From Takakia lepidozioides (taxonomy: Eukaryota; Plantae; Bryophyta): a DNA stretch of 64,000 nt. A program made the translations under genes and the position numbers. The notes beneath the pieces are model-generated. The model did no database searches. It worked only from the letters and a program-made list of their open reading frames with translations, and was not told where the DNA came from. Of this stretch, positions 1 through 11,906 are shown in pieces. Numbering within the stretch: position 1 is the first letter of the stretch; each line of letters opens with the position of its first letter. The stretch spans positions 93,682,001 to 93,746,000 of the forward strand of contig CM060731.1 in the NCBI GenBank assembly GCA_030704615.1, written 5' to 3'.

Positions 1-525
1 CCGTTCTGGAATGTCGGAAAGTGCGACTCGGACGGAAATGCGGTGCCGCATTTCTGTTCCCGTTGTTCATAATTCTCAATCAGAACGGAAATGCGGTACC
101 ACATTTCCGTTCCACCTTCACATACCGTGCTTGCTAGATGGAAATGCATTACCGCATTTACGTTCTGGAGAGTATGAAGGTCTCACCCGGGCGGAAATGC
201 GGTGCCGCATTTCCGTTCTGGAATGTCGGAAAGAGCGACTCGGACGGAATGCGGTGCCGCATTTCTGTTCGCTTTGTTCATGTTTCTCGAACGGAAATGC
301 GGTACCGCATTTCCGTTCCACCTTCACATACCGGCTTGCTGGATGGAAATGCGTACCGCATTTCCGTTCTGGAGAGTGTAAAGGTTTCCCGCGGACGGAA
401 ACTCGGTGCCGCATTTCCGTCGCTCTGGTGCATGACCAAGACGCAATACGGAAATGCGGCTCCGTATTTCCGTCCAGCAGCATCGAAAGAATCACTCCGG
501 ACGGAAATCTGAAACTCATTTCCGC
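1..525. repeat. Array of ~24-bp palindromes (CGGAAATGCGG-NN-CCGCATTTCCG) at ~53-bp period, upstream of MULE copy 1
   Basis: About 10 copies start near 33, 86, 139, 192, 245, 292, 344, 396, 449 and 502. Spacers recur every 4 units (TGGAATGTCGGAAAG at ~7 and ~219; CACCTTCACATACCG at ~113 and ~319). The array runs off the window start. Confidence 0.9.
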
Positions 526-903
526 ATGCTGAACCTGAATGGGTTGCATTGTTCCGAAACAACAGAATTGCGGCCAGTCTTGATGAGCACAACTAGGTTG
601 TCTGACCGTTTTAACCTAATAGTCTTGGCACTTGTCAGTGCGGAACGCTCCTGTCCGTACCCGAGAATACTGCTGGATCCACCCTCAGGAGAAACTGCCA
701 GGAGATGTTATTTCGTCGCCGATTCGGCCATCATTGTCTAACTTACTGGCTGATGGAATCACACCTCCCACCTCTCATGCATGTAGCTTGAAACTATACT
801 TTCTATTTCATGTGCGACTTCCAATCGTCGATGGACTCCGCATGGTTGCCTGTGAGCCTTCGTCTGTCGCTATACTGAACCTCGCACTTGCCAACTTCGC
901 GCA

Positions 904-3900
904 GTGTTCGATGGCTCCGAATTCCTACGCTATAGTTTGTGTCCTCCGCAACTTGGGAGAGCCTGGATCCCAAACGAGGGAGGACTTTGCAAAGTGACTG
1001 AAACTTACCTTTGTTCTAAAATTCAAGCTCAAACCGGGCACAGTTTACTTGGAAGAATAAAGGAAGGATGTTCCTGGACAGTTGACGAGACCATTGTCGT
1101 GCTAGGTAACGACGGATGTTGCGGAAACAAATGGCACGTACCCCATCAGACACCATCCTATACCGAGCTGTGGGAATGCCCATTCCCTTTCCGAATCAGT
1201 CGCTGCCCCACACCATCCACAAAGGAGTCCGGAAACCGACAGGCGCCACTGCAACAGAGAGTTATGCAACAAAATCATTCCCGACCTGGACCGTCAAGAC
1301 CCTCCATAGCTTCTCGTGTGGACGTATTCGACATTTCCGACGATGAAGATGAGTGCATTGAGGTCCCCATGTCCTCCACACGGTCGTTCAAATCCGACAT
1401 GGACGTCTCTGCAGGTGCTACGCATGTACTCTCGAGCATAACTCCAACCCGGTCCATTGTGCAGCTCCTACGGCAACATCACCTCGATGGTTCTCGCTCC
1501 GAGCTGGCTGCTCTCGACTATGCCAAATTTCCGGTCAGGAAGGTGGTAACGTATCTGCCTCCCGAAGTCGATGGCAATGTCATCTTCGAGTTTCCACCTA
1601 TCACTTTCCTCAAACAAAGCCTCAGGGATGTTAACAGACATGGATCGAAGCATGACGGACAACCCTGGTGTGTGACGAAGACCAGTAGCACGAAAATTGC
1701 TGATGGTGTTCGTGTACGATACGTCCTCTGTGCGGGGAAGCTGAGGTGCCTGAATCCCGCCTGCTTCCACTTTCCAAAGGAGGGCGGAGAAACGAGACTT
1801 TGGCACAACGCATCATCCATTCATTGGAGCTCCTGCGGGGTGCGGCAAAGAACCACCGAATGTCCGCAGAGCCCAATATTACGTTATCCATTTGCTCCCG
1901 GACTTGACTAGAGCTTGCATACACGTTGGGGTCCACTGCCACCCTTGGCGAGAGGCAACATGCGTGAGGCTGTGCAAGAAGCACACGACATCATAAAAGA
2001 GGAGGTGAAATTGAGCCCCGGAGCAAGACCAAAGCAAATTCAGCTGAAGGCAGCCCACAAGATTGATCTTGGAAAAATCATGTCTGAAGATGGTTCAGAC
2101 CGAGTGCCCTTGAACGAAAAGGAGATGCTTGACCTGTTGGAGTCCGTCTCGCACGTTTGTAGTCCGAATGTGCGGAATCACATCGTATCTTGCAAGTAGG
2201 AGTTCGGCCGGGGGTCGGACATGCACTCAATCCTGGAGGTGAAACGAATGACTGGATATGACTACATCCAAGGTAGCAGGTTTCCAGGGCAAGGCAGCGA
2301 ATCCGATCGTTGTTACATTTTTAAAATGTCGACGTGTGGGCCTGGAGTGGAGTCGACTTGGTCACTCGCATGACAACTGGAAACCTGTCGAATGCTTGGG
2401 TGATGTTTGATCACATCAAGCGAATTACAAACCATCAGTGGGTGACTATGGGTGCGCATGTTTATGACTATCACTCCAAGAGGCTCATGACGATGCAATC
2501 TGCGAGATGAAAGGGGAGGACACACAGTCGGAGATGCATCTGTGCGAGGGCATAAACAAGCAGATGGCAAGGGCGGGATTGCCAGGGCCCAATTTCAGGG
2601 GATTCATGGCAGACAACGCTCAGGCCAACTGGGCAGCGGTGCGGCGTGTGTGTACGGTGAGGACCCAATGTGCCAATGGAGGGGAAAGAGAGATCCCGTG
2701 GATTCCATTGGATGCAGAGTCTATCCCACTACACTACCAAATTTGTTGCTAGCTCATTCCAGGCTGAACACCGTGTCATTTGTACGGCGTGGAAGGATGC
2801 ACCCACATTTGATGACGCGGAGGTTAAGTTTGCTATCATCGAGGCTTGGTGGAACACGTCAGGTGCAGTGGAGACAACCAATCTGGGAGCCTTGCACAGC
2901 TGGTTGGGGTGGTGGCATTTCCGGTATCGACAGTTCGGACAGTACATGCGGGAGGTATGATCCTGTCATTTTCGTGCAATTGTCTTTCTATTACGGACCT
3001 TTCCATTGGTTCATCACCATTGTCTGTGTCCTTGTAGGAGCGGTGCTTGGATTCCGACACGGACATGCCGAACACGAATATGGCAGAATCAGTGCACTCC
3101 TCATGGCGAGCGTCTTCTGCCGCACATCTGGTGGACGTAGTGGCGGCCACAACGGAGGACATCGACAGAGCAATCATGCAGCAAGCCACGTACTACAAGT
3201 TCATGAGCGGGAAACAATGGGGCTTTGGGCCGGACAGGGAGGAATTGTTGGTGCGAACAGCTTCGAGGTCGAAGAATCCACTGAAATGGGCGACAGCATT
3301 GCGAGAGAAGATCAAAGGGACGCCTCTGCACCGCAGAGGTGAACACCTAGAGGGGGACGTCCGTACTCGCCCTGTGAGGCGGAGGATTGAAGAGGAACCC
3401 GGGTGCGAAGAGGATTCCTGGAGATCCGACAGGAACATTCGGACAGCACCTCGAGGGCCCGTCATGTTGCCGCACAATGTGTCTTCCAGCAGTGGAAGCC
3501 CAAGAATTCCAGATCGCCATCGCCTTCAAGCGGGGATTCCGTGCGAGAAATTCCCACCGCTCGCTTGCCCCAGATTCCGCCCCCTGTTATGCAGTATGGC
3601 CAAGCCATTGTGGAGACGACTGTGTCTGCGTCACAGTGGAGAATTGCTCGCACAAAGCTGTCGTTTCGAGGCAGGTGTTCCGCAATTCGAGTGGATACAC
3701 GGCAACATTGTTTAGAGATGATAAGGAGGAATCCAGATGGTGCTGTCCCTGCTCCTACTTTTACAGGAAGATTTGTCCATGCAAAGTTTGCGGAGGCAAC
3801 AACCACCCAGTTCTGGTTCTGCAGGCACGACATTATGACTTGCGTGTATGGAAAGCCCAAGTACGGCATACAAACAATGCCAGAGGCTCCCCCGGTGTGG

Positions 3901-4436
3901 CCGGTGGAACCAGGCTGCGATCTGAGTCAGGTTGAGGCCGACGCCCTTACCGCCGCAGGATTTCAGTGTGCAGCGCACTGACGTCCCCAGACAACCATTT
4001 TCGCTTCCACAGCCTCCACCACCGACCCCTATGAGAGCAAGAACAATGGGACCCGACACCTCTAAGCATCCTACACACCGTTGGGGGAAACCGAAGAGGC
4101 GGCGACCTCCCTCAAAAGTGAACGAGACGAGGATGGGAATGCACTTCGGATGAACTGTACAATCCAGAGCTCGACAGAAGTGCCCCCACCAGGCTTCGTG
4201 TGTATTAGATGGCCACAGCAGGCTCAGCTGTTCGCAATGAGGTGTACACCATCACCATTTCAGAATTACCCACCTGCAATTGCACCGACTTTCAGATCAT
4301 GGCGAACAAGGGGGCATCATACTGCCCTTGCAAGCATCTGTACTACGTGTACCTAAAGAGACTCCGGTATAATTCCACAACTCATCACTTCATACATGCA
4401 CCAGGGTTGAGCCCCAAGAGGTGCACACTCTTCTGA
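904..4436 (+). pseudogene. MULE transposase pseudogene (GCM-like Zn domain, DDE core, SWIM finger)
   Basis: Motifs across frameshifted ORFs: HDGQPW..VRYVLCAGKLRCLNPAC; WVMFDHIKR; FMADNAQANWAAVRRV; RSRGFHWMQSL; TNMAESVHSSW; CNCTDF..CPCKHLYY (SWIM). GT-AG intron 2955-3037. Many stops and frameshifts. Confidence 0.8.
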
Positions 4437-6149
4437 ATATGGATCCAGGGGACCAGTGACCTTGGCTTGCGGTCCCAACACAATGGTACGCCCATCCTTT
4501 TCGGATAGTAGAACTGTATTGCTGCAAGTAGCTCTGACTCTGGCCACAGAAAGGTCTGACTTATGTCTTGCCTACCAGTAACCTGTTTTGCTCGAACGTC
4601 GATAATACTATGTCATTCACTCGTGTTTCCACGTGCATGTATTTTTGTGTGTTGGAGGGTTCCTGTTTTTCAGCTCTCCCAAACTTTGCTTTCCTCATTC
4701 GACCCCTGGCAAGGAAATGCGGCGCCGCATTTCCAAGTAACGTCGTAGGTACTGGTAGATGCGGCAGTCAGCAACACCAAACCGCCCAGAAATTTCACAC
4801 GTGCGAACCCTAATGCGGCACCGCATTTCCTAGTTCACTTGCAAAACTTTCCCGCCGAATACTGGAAGATGATAGAATTGTGCAGACTCTATTGGTTCAG
4901 TCGCGGCAAAAGGGTCAGGTTCATTCCAATGTTAAGGCATGTAAAACCGCGGAATACTCTATACAGGCCAGTATGCGACGTCCTTTTGCCGTGGTATACT
5001 GGATTTGTCGTTGCACGGTCACTCATTTCCATGAGCGGAGTTGTTACTGACGACATATCTTTGCCGCATTACAGGATCCGTAACTTCCAAAAACGTCAAG
5101 GTCAAATATAAAACTATTATTTTAATACTTGTTTAATCTGCCGCATTTCCAAATTTGGAGGAGTCCGCTCATGAAATCCGCGTGTCTTAGACTTCGGCTC
5201 ACCGCTCATGCGGCTCATGCGGCTCATGGCTCATGGCTCATGGTTTCTGCCCATGAAATAGTAAACCTTAGCTTGAACCAAGTTGATTCAATGGGTCATT
5301 CTAGTGTTGAACGCAGCTACGTGTCGTAGAGACGGAAAATTGTGTTTCGTCTGCACATGATTTTTTTTTTAAATTCCATTTTCAAGCCATATGCTTAATG
5401 ATAGCATATGCAATGTGCGTGCAAAATTTGGGAGTAAACAAAAGTCATTTGGACCCAAAACCATATTTTGTTCTCTCATTTGCATTCCAAAGTTGAGTTA
5501 TCTTCAACTTCATGCACTCTTCATAGAGAATTTTGCAAAAGTAACCCTAGAAACACACTTTTTTTTTTTCAATTTTGTTTTTGTCAAATGTTTTGCATGG
5601 ATGTAGTGGTGCAAAGCCCGATGTCACAGAATAAAATAGAGCCAAAAATAAAATCATTACGCCCCTCAAAACCGCAATCATATATTTCTAAATGCAAATA
5701 TTTGTTTTAAATTCATTTAAATTCGATTTAATTCAAAATTGGTGCAAGGGTGAGTGCGTCGTTGGGGAGGCAAATGTTTTTTTTTTTTTTTTTTTTTTTT
5801 TGTCTGTTGGATCTTTGTACAGGTGTTGCATATTTAAACACATGTAGGAAAAAGTGAAGCTTGAGCCACATCCGTTTGATGGGTGCAATGGCATGAGAGG
5901 ATTTTCTTTCACATTAATAAACAAAACTTGGTTGATAGGGTGAACGCGTCCTTGGGGGGGCAAATGATTTTGTTTGGGTTTGAAACTTTACATGCGTGAC
6001 ATTGCGCACACATACATGTCATTAATGAATGACATATTTGATGCACGCACACATTGAAGGTTATTGTTTGCATTTCGCTTATAATAAGTTGTATGGTTGC
6101 AAGGACACATTATAATATATGTCCGGTCCCTATGTTCATTTGTTCGTAT

Positions 6150-9100
6150 CAGGACTTTGTCCATCCCTTCCCGGTCTTTTCTCTTGGCACCCCATCCGAA
6201 AACAACTCAAGTACATCAGGCGGGAGCCGTGGGCGAGACGCCGCCCCTACGGTACCGGACGATGATGACGATGATAGTGACAACAACAATGAGCATGGAA
6301 TTAACCAGGAGGATGTGCAAGCCATGGAGGATCTCTTAATGCATCATGTGGGCACTGATGCATCCCATGGAGAGGGAACCCGACCAATCGATGATCCTGA
6401 AATGGCCCCCTCAAATGACATGGAGAGGGAGGCGAGAACTCCCTTGTACGAAGAGGCGAAAGTGAGTCGACTTTCGACAATCTTACTTTTGCTCAATCTT
6501 CAAATTCGATTTGGCATAAGTAATGTTGGGATGTCAGCCATAATGCGAACTATTGCAGACTATATCATTGCTCCACACTTGAAACCCAAGATGCCACGGT
6601 CGCGGAAAGAGGCGCGTGAAGTCTTGGACTCTGTGGGGATGGGCTATAAGATTTTTCATGCATGTCCATGTGATAAAACCCTATACTACGGAGAGGATTC
6701 GCGTCTCACCAAGTGCCCAAAGTGCAAGAAAGACCGATATCGGGATGATGTCCAAGGGAAAAAAGTACCACGCAAGGTATAAGCGTCATTCCCCCTCGCA
6801 TGGAAATTCCTTTCTTTAATCTTCTCAATGCATGTAAAGTGTATTCCACAAAGTTTAGGGTTTAGAGAGTAGTACTCATGCAAGATCTGATTGTGGTTTT
6901 GGAAGGAGTGAGTGAGGAGTGGAAGGAGCGACGTTCGGTTTTGACCATTCACGCCCAAATGAGAGAGAGGCTCCATAAAGGGAAAGACATAAGGGTGTTG
7001 TATTATGTGTGCTAATTGGATGATTACATGTGGGGGACGTGGGGTATTTCATCCTAGAAAATGCACTACTTTCCGATCATCCCGCGATTGAGGGCACAGT
7101 ACCGAAGCCCCGAATTGGCCAGACTCATGAGATGACACGCCTCGCAACGGAGCCCCCTGGGAAAGGTGTGCGGGCCACAAGATTCACAAGCATGGAGGCA
7201 TATTGAAGAGATGTGGCCTTTTCTCTTGGAGGACCCACGACATGTCCACCTCGGCTTCTCCTTGGATGGGGTCAACCCATCCTCTGTCCAGTCATGTAGT
7301 CATTCCACTTGGCCGGTGACCATGGTGAATTACAACATCCCTCCGTATCTTTCAATTAAAAAAGACCATATCATGTTGGCTGCCATTGTGCCAGGTGAGT
7401 GTTCTCATTTCATGTTTATTATTGCCTTGGACTTTACATTAAACTTCTGATCTCTGACGCAATTCGGATGTAAGATTGATGAGTGACATAATCATGGAGT
7501 AAGAGGTGTAATTCATTTTGTAGTATAATTTGCATATTGGTGGAGCATTGAAATAATGATGTGAATGTCTCATAGGGAAAAAACAAGTGGCAAACATGGA
7601 CACGTATTTGCGACCTCTTGTTGATGAACTTAAGGAGCTATGGAGGGGGGTCCCGGCATTGGATGCTTCACTTGACCCTATGGCCAGACAATCTTTTCAG
7701 ATGAGAGACATCTTGCTTTGGACAATGCATGATTATCCAAGTATATTATGTTCCCCATGAACAACCCGCGTACATTCACTTGTCAATGCCGGATAATATT
7801 GATGAGGATTGGGATTGATTGAAGTAGCGGCGACAGTCTTGTGCACCGTGGTGGGGTAGATGGCATTATGGGCCATGCACATGACAACTTTTTGTCTTCG
7901 CTAATGTGGCGGGATGTGTAGTACAGGACTAACTGTTTGCTTGGGGCTAAGCACCAAAGGGTACCATGCATGCTTGCATTGTGGCGATGATCTTGATGCA
8001 CATAGCTCCCGCCATCTTCACAAGATGGTGTATCCCAACTTCCGCAAGTTTCTTCCTATGAGCCATTGATGGAGACAAAGAGAGAAACACTTGTTTGATG
8101 GCAAAGAGGAAGTACGCCCCCCCCCCCCCCCCCCCCTATGATACCATCCGGGCAGTTTTGGGAGGACCGATGGAAGGAGGCCCATGCGGGCACGGACGGT
8201 GAAGTGGACGTGCCTGGCATGAAGCGACTTTCAATCTTCTACGAGTTGTCATATTGGGCGGTACATATTCCACAAAAACATCATCAATATCCCGATGCAT
8301 GCATGTGATATTGCACATTTGGTATGCGTTGCATTGTCACTTTCACGTCAAAAAATTTGTGTAAGTATTTGTGGGTGGGGATATATATAGGACCTGAAGA
8401 TTCGCCATCTTCTAGATCCTATGCATATTGAGAAGAATGTCTGCTCATCCCTTTTTCGGGTTCTTCATGGCACGCCAACAAAGAAGGGAGTGGCTGCAAA
8501 AGAAGATTCTCTCGGTGTTAGAAAGGAACTTGAGGAGCAGGGTCGCATACGCCATCTATGGGCCGAACAAAATGGTGTGGACCCAAAGGGTGTTGTACGG
8601 TGGAAGTATAGGCGCGCACCTTGGCAATGGACAAAGGAGGAATACAAGAAAGTGATAGCCACCATAAGTGTTGTCCGAACACCAACTGGTTATGGGTCAT
8701 CCCTCCGTACGAAGTTCAGTGAAGAAGACGGGGTTCATGGTTTGAAGTCTTATGACTACCACAATCTATTGTAAGACATCTTGCCCATTGCAGTACGTGG
8801 GACATTGACTCCCGAGGTTCGTAAGACAATCTATAGATTGGGAGGCTTGTTCCGGTGGATTTGCTCCAAAGAGTTGGAGGAAGCGGATTTTCCACGCATG
8901 AAGAAGGAGGCGGCGGAGGTAATGTGTATGTTGGAGATGCACCTTCCTCCCTCCTTCTTTGACATCCAAGTGCACTTGGTAGTGCACTTAGTGGAAGAGG
9001 CTTCGATTGCCAGTCCCGTTCATTCTCGGTGGATGTACTTCCTTGAGTGTTATATGAAGACTTTGAAAGGATTTGTAAGACAAATGGCGCATCCGGAGGG

Positions 9101-10030
9101 TAGCATGGCGGAGGGGTATACGTTGCAAGAAGCTATGTTCTATTGCACGAAGTACATAGCAAGGGTGGATGAGGAAGCCCCTCGGATACAGAAGGAAGAG
9201 GAGGATGCACGAACCAATGACATCGTTTTGCCCAAAAAATCGAAGAGGGTAAAATTGTCGACCTTGGTGATTGAGCAAGCGCATGACTTCATAGTGAAGT
9301 ATACCCCATCCATACATGAGTGGGAGACAAGATACAATAACCTTGTTTAGCAACGAGAAGAGGAGACGCTTGCGGAACCATCCAAGGCTGGTTACTAGAC
9401 ACCCACGACGAGGAGCGGGCCGCCGGAATGTTCATTCACAAAATTTGCCCATGGAATTGCAGCTCTAAGTTCATTCCAACAGTGGCTTTGGACTTTAGTC
9501 TATGACACCGTTGCTCAAGGAGAGGTGGTTTCAAATTTGGTGCAAGACATTGCAAGGGGCCCATCTCAATTCGCGACCTCATACACGGCAGTTTGGGTTC
9601 ACGGTCGTCATTTCCGCATTCGTGCTCTTGACATGAAGCGCAAAACAACGTTTGATTCTGGCTTGTGTGCCACATATTGGCAAGACTCCGTGTGGGGTAA
9701 GGGAGATACACGACCTGCTATGAGCAAACTTGAGTACATTGGAGAGCTTGAGAGCATACTCCAACTTCAGTATACAAGGTACCGGCCTCTTCTCTTCAAG
9801 GGAAGGTGGTTCGAGCCACATCTTGTGGGGCCCTCCGCAACACTAGTGTAAGATGATTGTGGTTTCATTCGCGTCAATGCAGATATGCTCAACCCTACTC
9901 ATCGTCCCTTCGATGAGCCTTTTTCACGGCCTTCAGACATGGAGCAACCGATGACAAAACAAGAGGGGGGAATTGGAAGGTGGTTGTGCATGCTCAGCCA
10001 AGAGGAAGACGTATCTATCATGGTCTCGGA
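6150..10030 (+). pseudogene. CACTA/En-Spm TnpD-like (Tnp2) transposase pseudogene, intron-containing
   Basis: FHACPCDKTLY..CPKC..RY; HYFPIIPRL; HLGFSLDGVNP..STWPV..NYNIPP; LLWTMHDYP; DPMHIEKNV; GLKSYDYH; HLVVHL..PVHSRWMY..PEGSMAEGY; LFKGRWF. Several in-frame stops. Confidence 0.9.
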
Positions 10031-11419
10031 TCTCCACGGGGTGAGGCAATTGCGGTGGACGGAGAGACTGGTCATAATGATGCTGATAATGGAGGTTGGG
10101 TAGGGTAAGTGCAGACTACACTGGCTCAAAAGCGGCAGATGTGCCCTCCACTGAAAGTCCATGAAAAAAAAATTGCTACCATTTTAATTAAGGATATTTG
10201 TTCAAATATTTTTTTATCTTCATAGGTAATGGTATACTAATCATATTTAGTAAATGGTTTCATCCCAAATATTTGAGATATTGTTTATTATTTAAAAAAA
10301 AATCCCTTATTTAGAAATAATATCTATTTATTATTATCTTGTAGTTTATGAAAATTTTCCATATAACAATAAGCTCCTAGAGACAATAACAATACATATA
10401 TTCTTAGCAAAGATCTCCAACCAAATATGAAATTTTCAAAATACTATGGACAAATCGTCATTTTTGGGTTTTTTTGGGTACAAAAAAGTCCATAGTGTCT
10501 TGATGGATGGATGGAATTGTTTATACATTTATATTTGTGTCTATTCAAACATTATGTATCTAGTTGTAAAGTCCATATATGAATTGGTTTTGCACAAATA
10601 GGTTTTTCAGATGGCATTTGGGACAATAGATGGACTGTGACAGTCCATTGGAATTCCATGCAAAAAGTCCATAGCTTCATGAGATTTTATCCAAATTCCA
10701 AAATAATTGTACCCACATGTACATATGGTGAGTGACTAACCCATTCTAAGTCCATTTGCTATGAATATATACTTATGTGTATAGGGTGAAGAATAATATG
10801 ACAAGCAGTCAGTCAAAAACTGCAAATTGCAGTCCAAACTGAGCCACTATAGTCTGCATCTACCCGGTAGAGGGGGTAGAAGAGGATCATGACGCCCTGA
10901 AGAATGCATCCCGAACCCTATATGATGAAGCTCCAAAAGATACGGATGTTGGAGAAGGAGATGAAGACACGACCATTGACAACGAGGTGGAGGATGATTC
11001 GGAGGTGCCTTTTGAGGGCCGGGCCATTTAACGATGACTCTGATGACCAAGAAGACTTGCAGCTTGATGAGAATGAAGAAGCTCTTGATGATGATGTTTA
11101 AGTTGATTAGACACGAAATCAAAGCTACAGAACAATTCTCGCACCGAACTGTACCCATCCCTTCAATTGATTGTACATGTACATGCATATTGTAGCTTAT
11201 TTCTATGATTGATTAAATATGGTTGTGGCTGGTAGTCTTTCAAGAGAAAAGGCAGAGGCTATCAAGAGAATTATCAAAATGAATGTCACAATCTACAAGA
11301 AGGTCCACAACAACAAGCTAAATCATAAAGAAAAACAAACACCCTACCCCAGTACCATATAAAAAAAAAAAAACTAAGAACCCCCAAAGGCCCTAAACCT
11401 AAACCTAGAAAGCCTTGCT

Positions 11420-11906
11420 GTCGCTGCCTGCGACCCCCACGCGTCACACACTGCGACGTCTTTTTAGGATATATGCGCCGGGGGTTGCAAACAGCGACGG
11501 CACGCCATCGTAGGATGTGTCCTGTTTTTTTTGGAAAGAATTGGGCAGTCCCTGTTTGCGACGCCCGGCCGTCGCCAATGCATTTTGCCATTCATGCCAC
11601 TATGCGACGGCCTGACGTCGCCAACAAGGGTTGCGATGAAAGAAAGGGCAAGAAAGGGCTGCCTTCTGCCCTTCGCTGGGGGGCGACGCGTGGGCGTCGC
11701 ACGGAAGGGCTGCCTCTTGCCCTTCATCCGCCCGTGCGACGGCCGGGCGTCGCCGCATGGCCCCAGCGCCAGGTGGCGACCCGCGGTGTCTATTTGCGAC
11801 GGCCGAGCGTCGCAAAAAGGTGCCGCGGGGTTGGTGTCGCACGCTCGGCGCCACGCGGGGCGTGGGGGCGCGGCTGGTGTCGCAAACCCCCGCATTTGCT
11901 GTAGTG
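11420..11906 (+). mobile_element. CACTA 3' end: subterminal GCGACG/CGTCGC repeats and terminal ...GCTGTAGTG
   Basis: TAGTG (reverse complement of CACTA) ends at 11906, preceded by ~480 bp of direct and inverted TGCGACG/CGTCGCA motifs. No matching 5' TIR was found in the window. Confidence 0.85.

Larger units (their letters stand above)
1..5270 (+). mobile_element. Mutator-like (MULE) DNA transposon, copy 1 (left end outside window)
   Basis: Decayed transposase ~900-4440. The same palindrome recurs at 4713 and 4813. GCTCATG repeats and a terminal CATGAAATAGTAAACCT (5160-5270) are shared with copy 2. Confidence 0.75.

Noticed and set aside
1-525. CRISPR array
   Set aside because: Eukaryotic context, no cas genes, spacers recur periodically and the same palindrome appears at the far end of the transposon.
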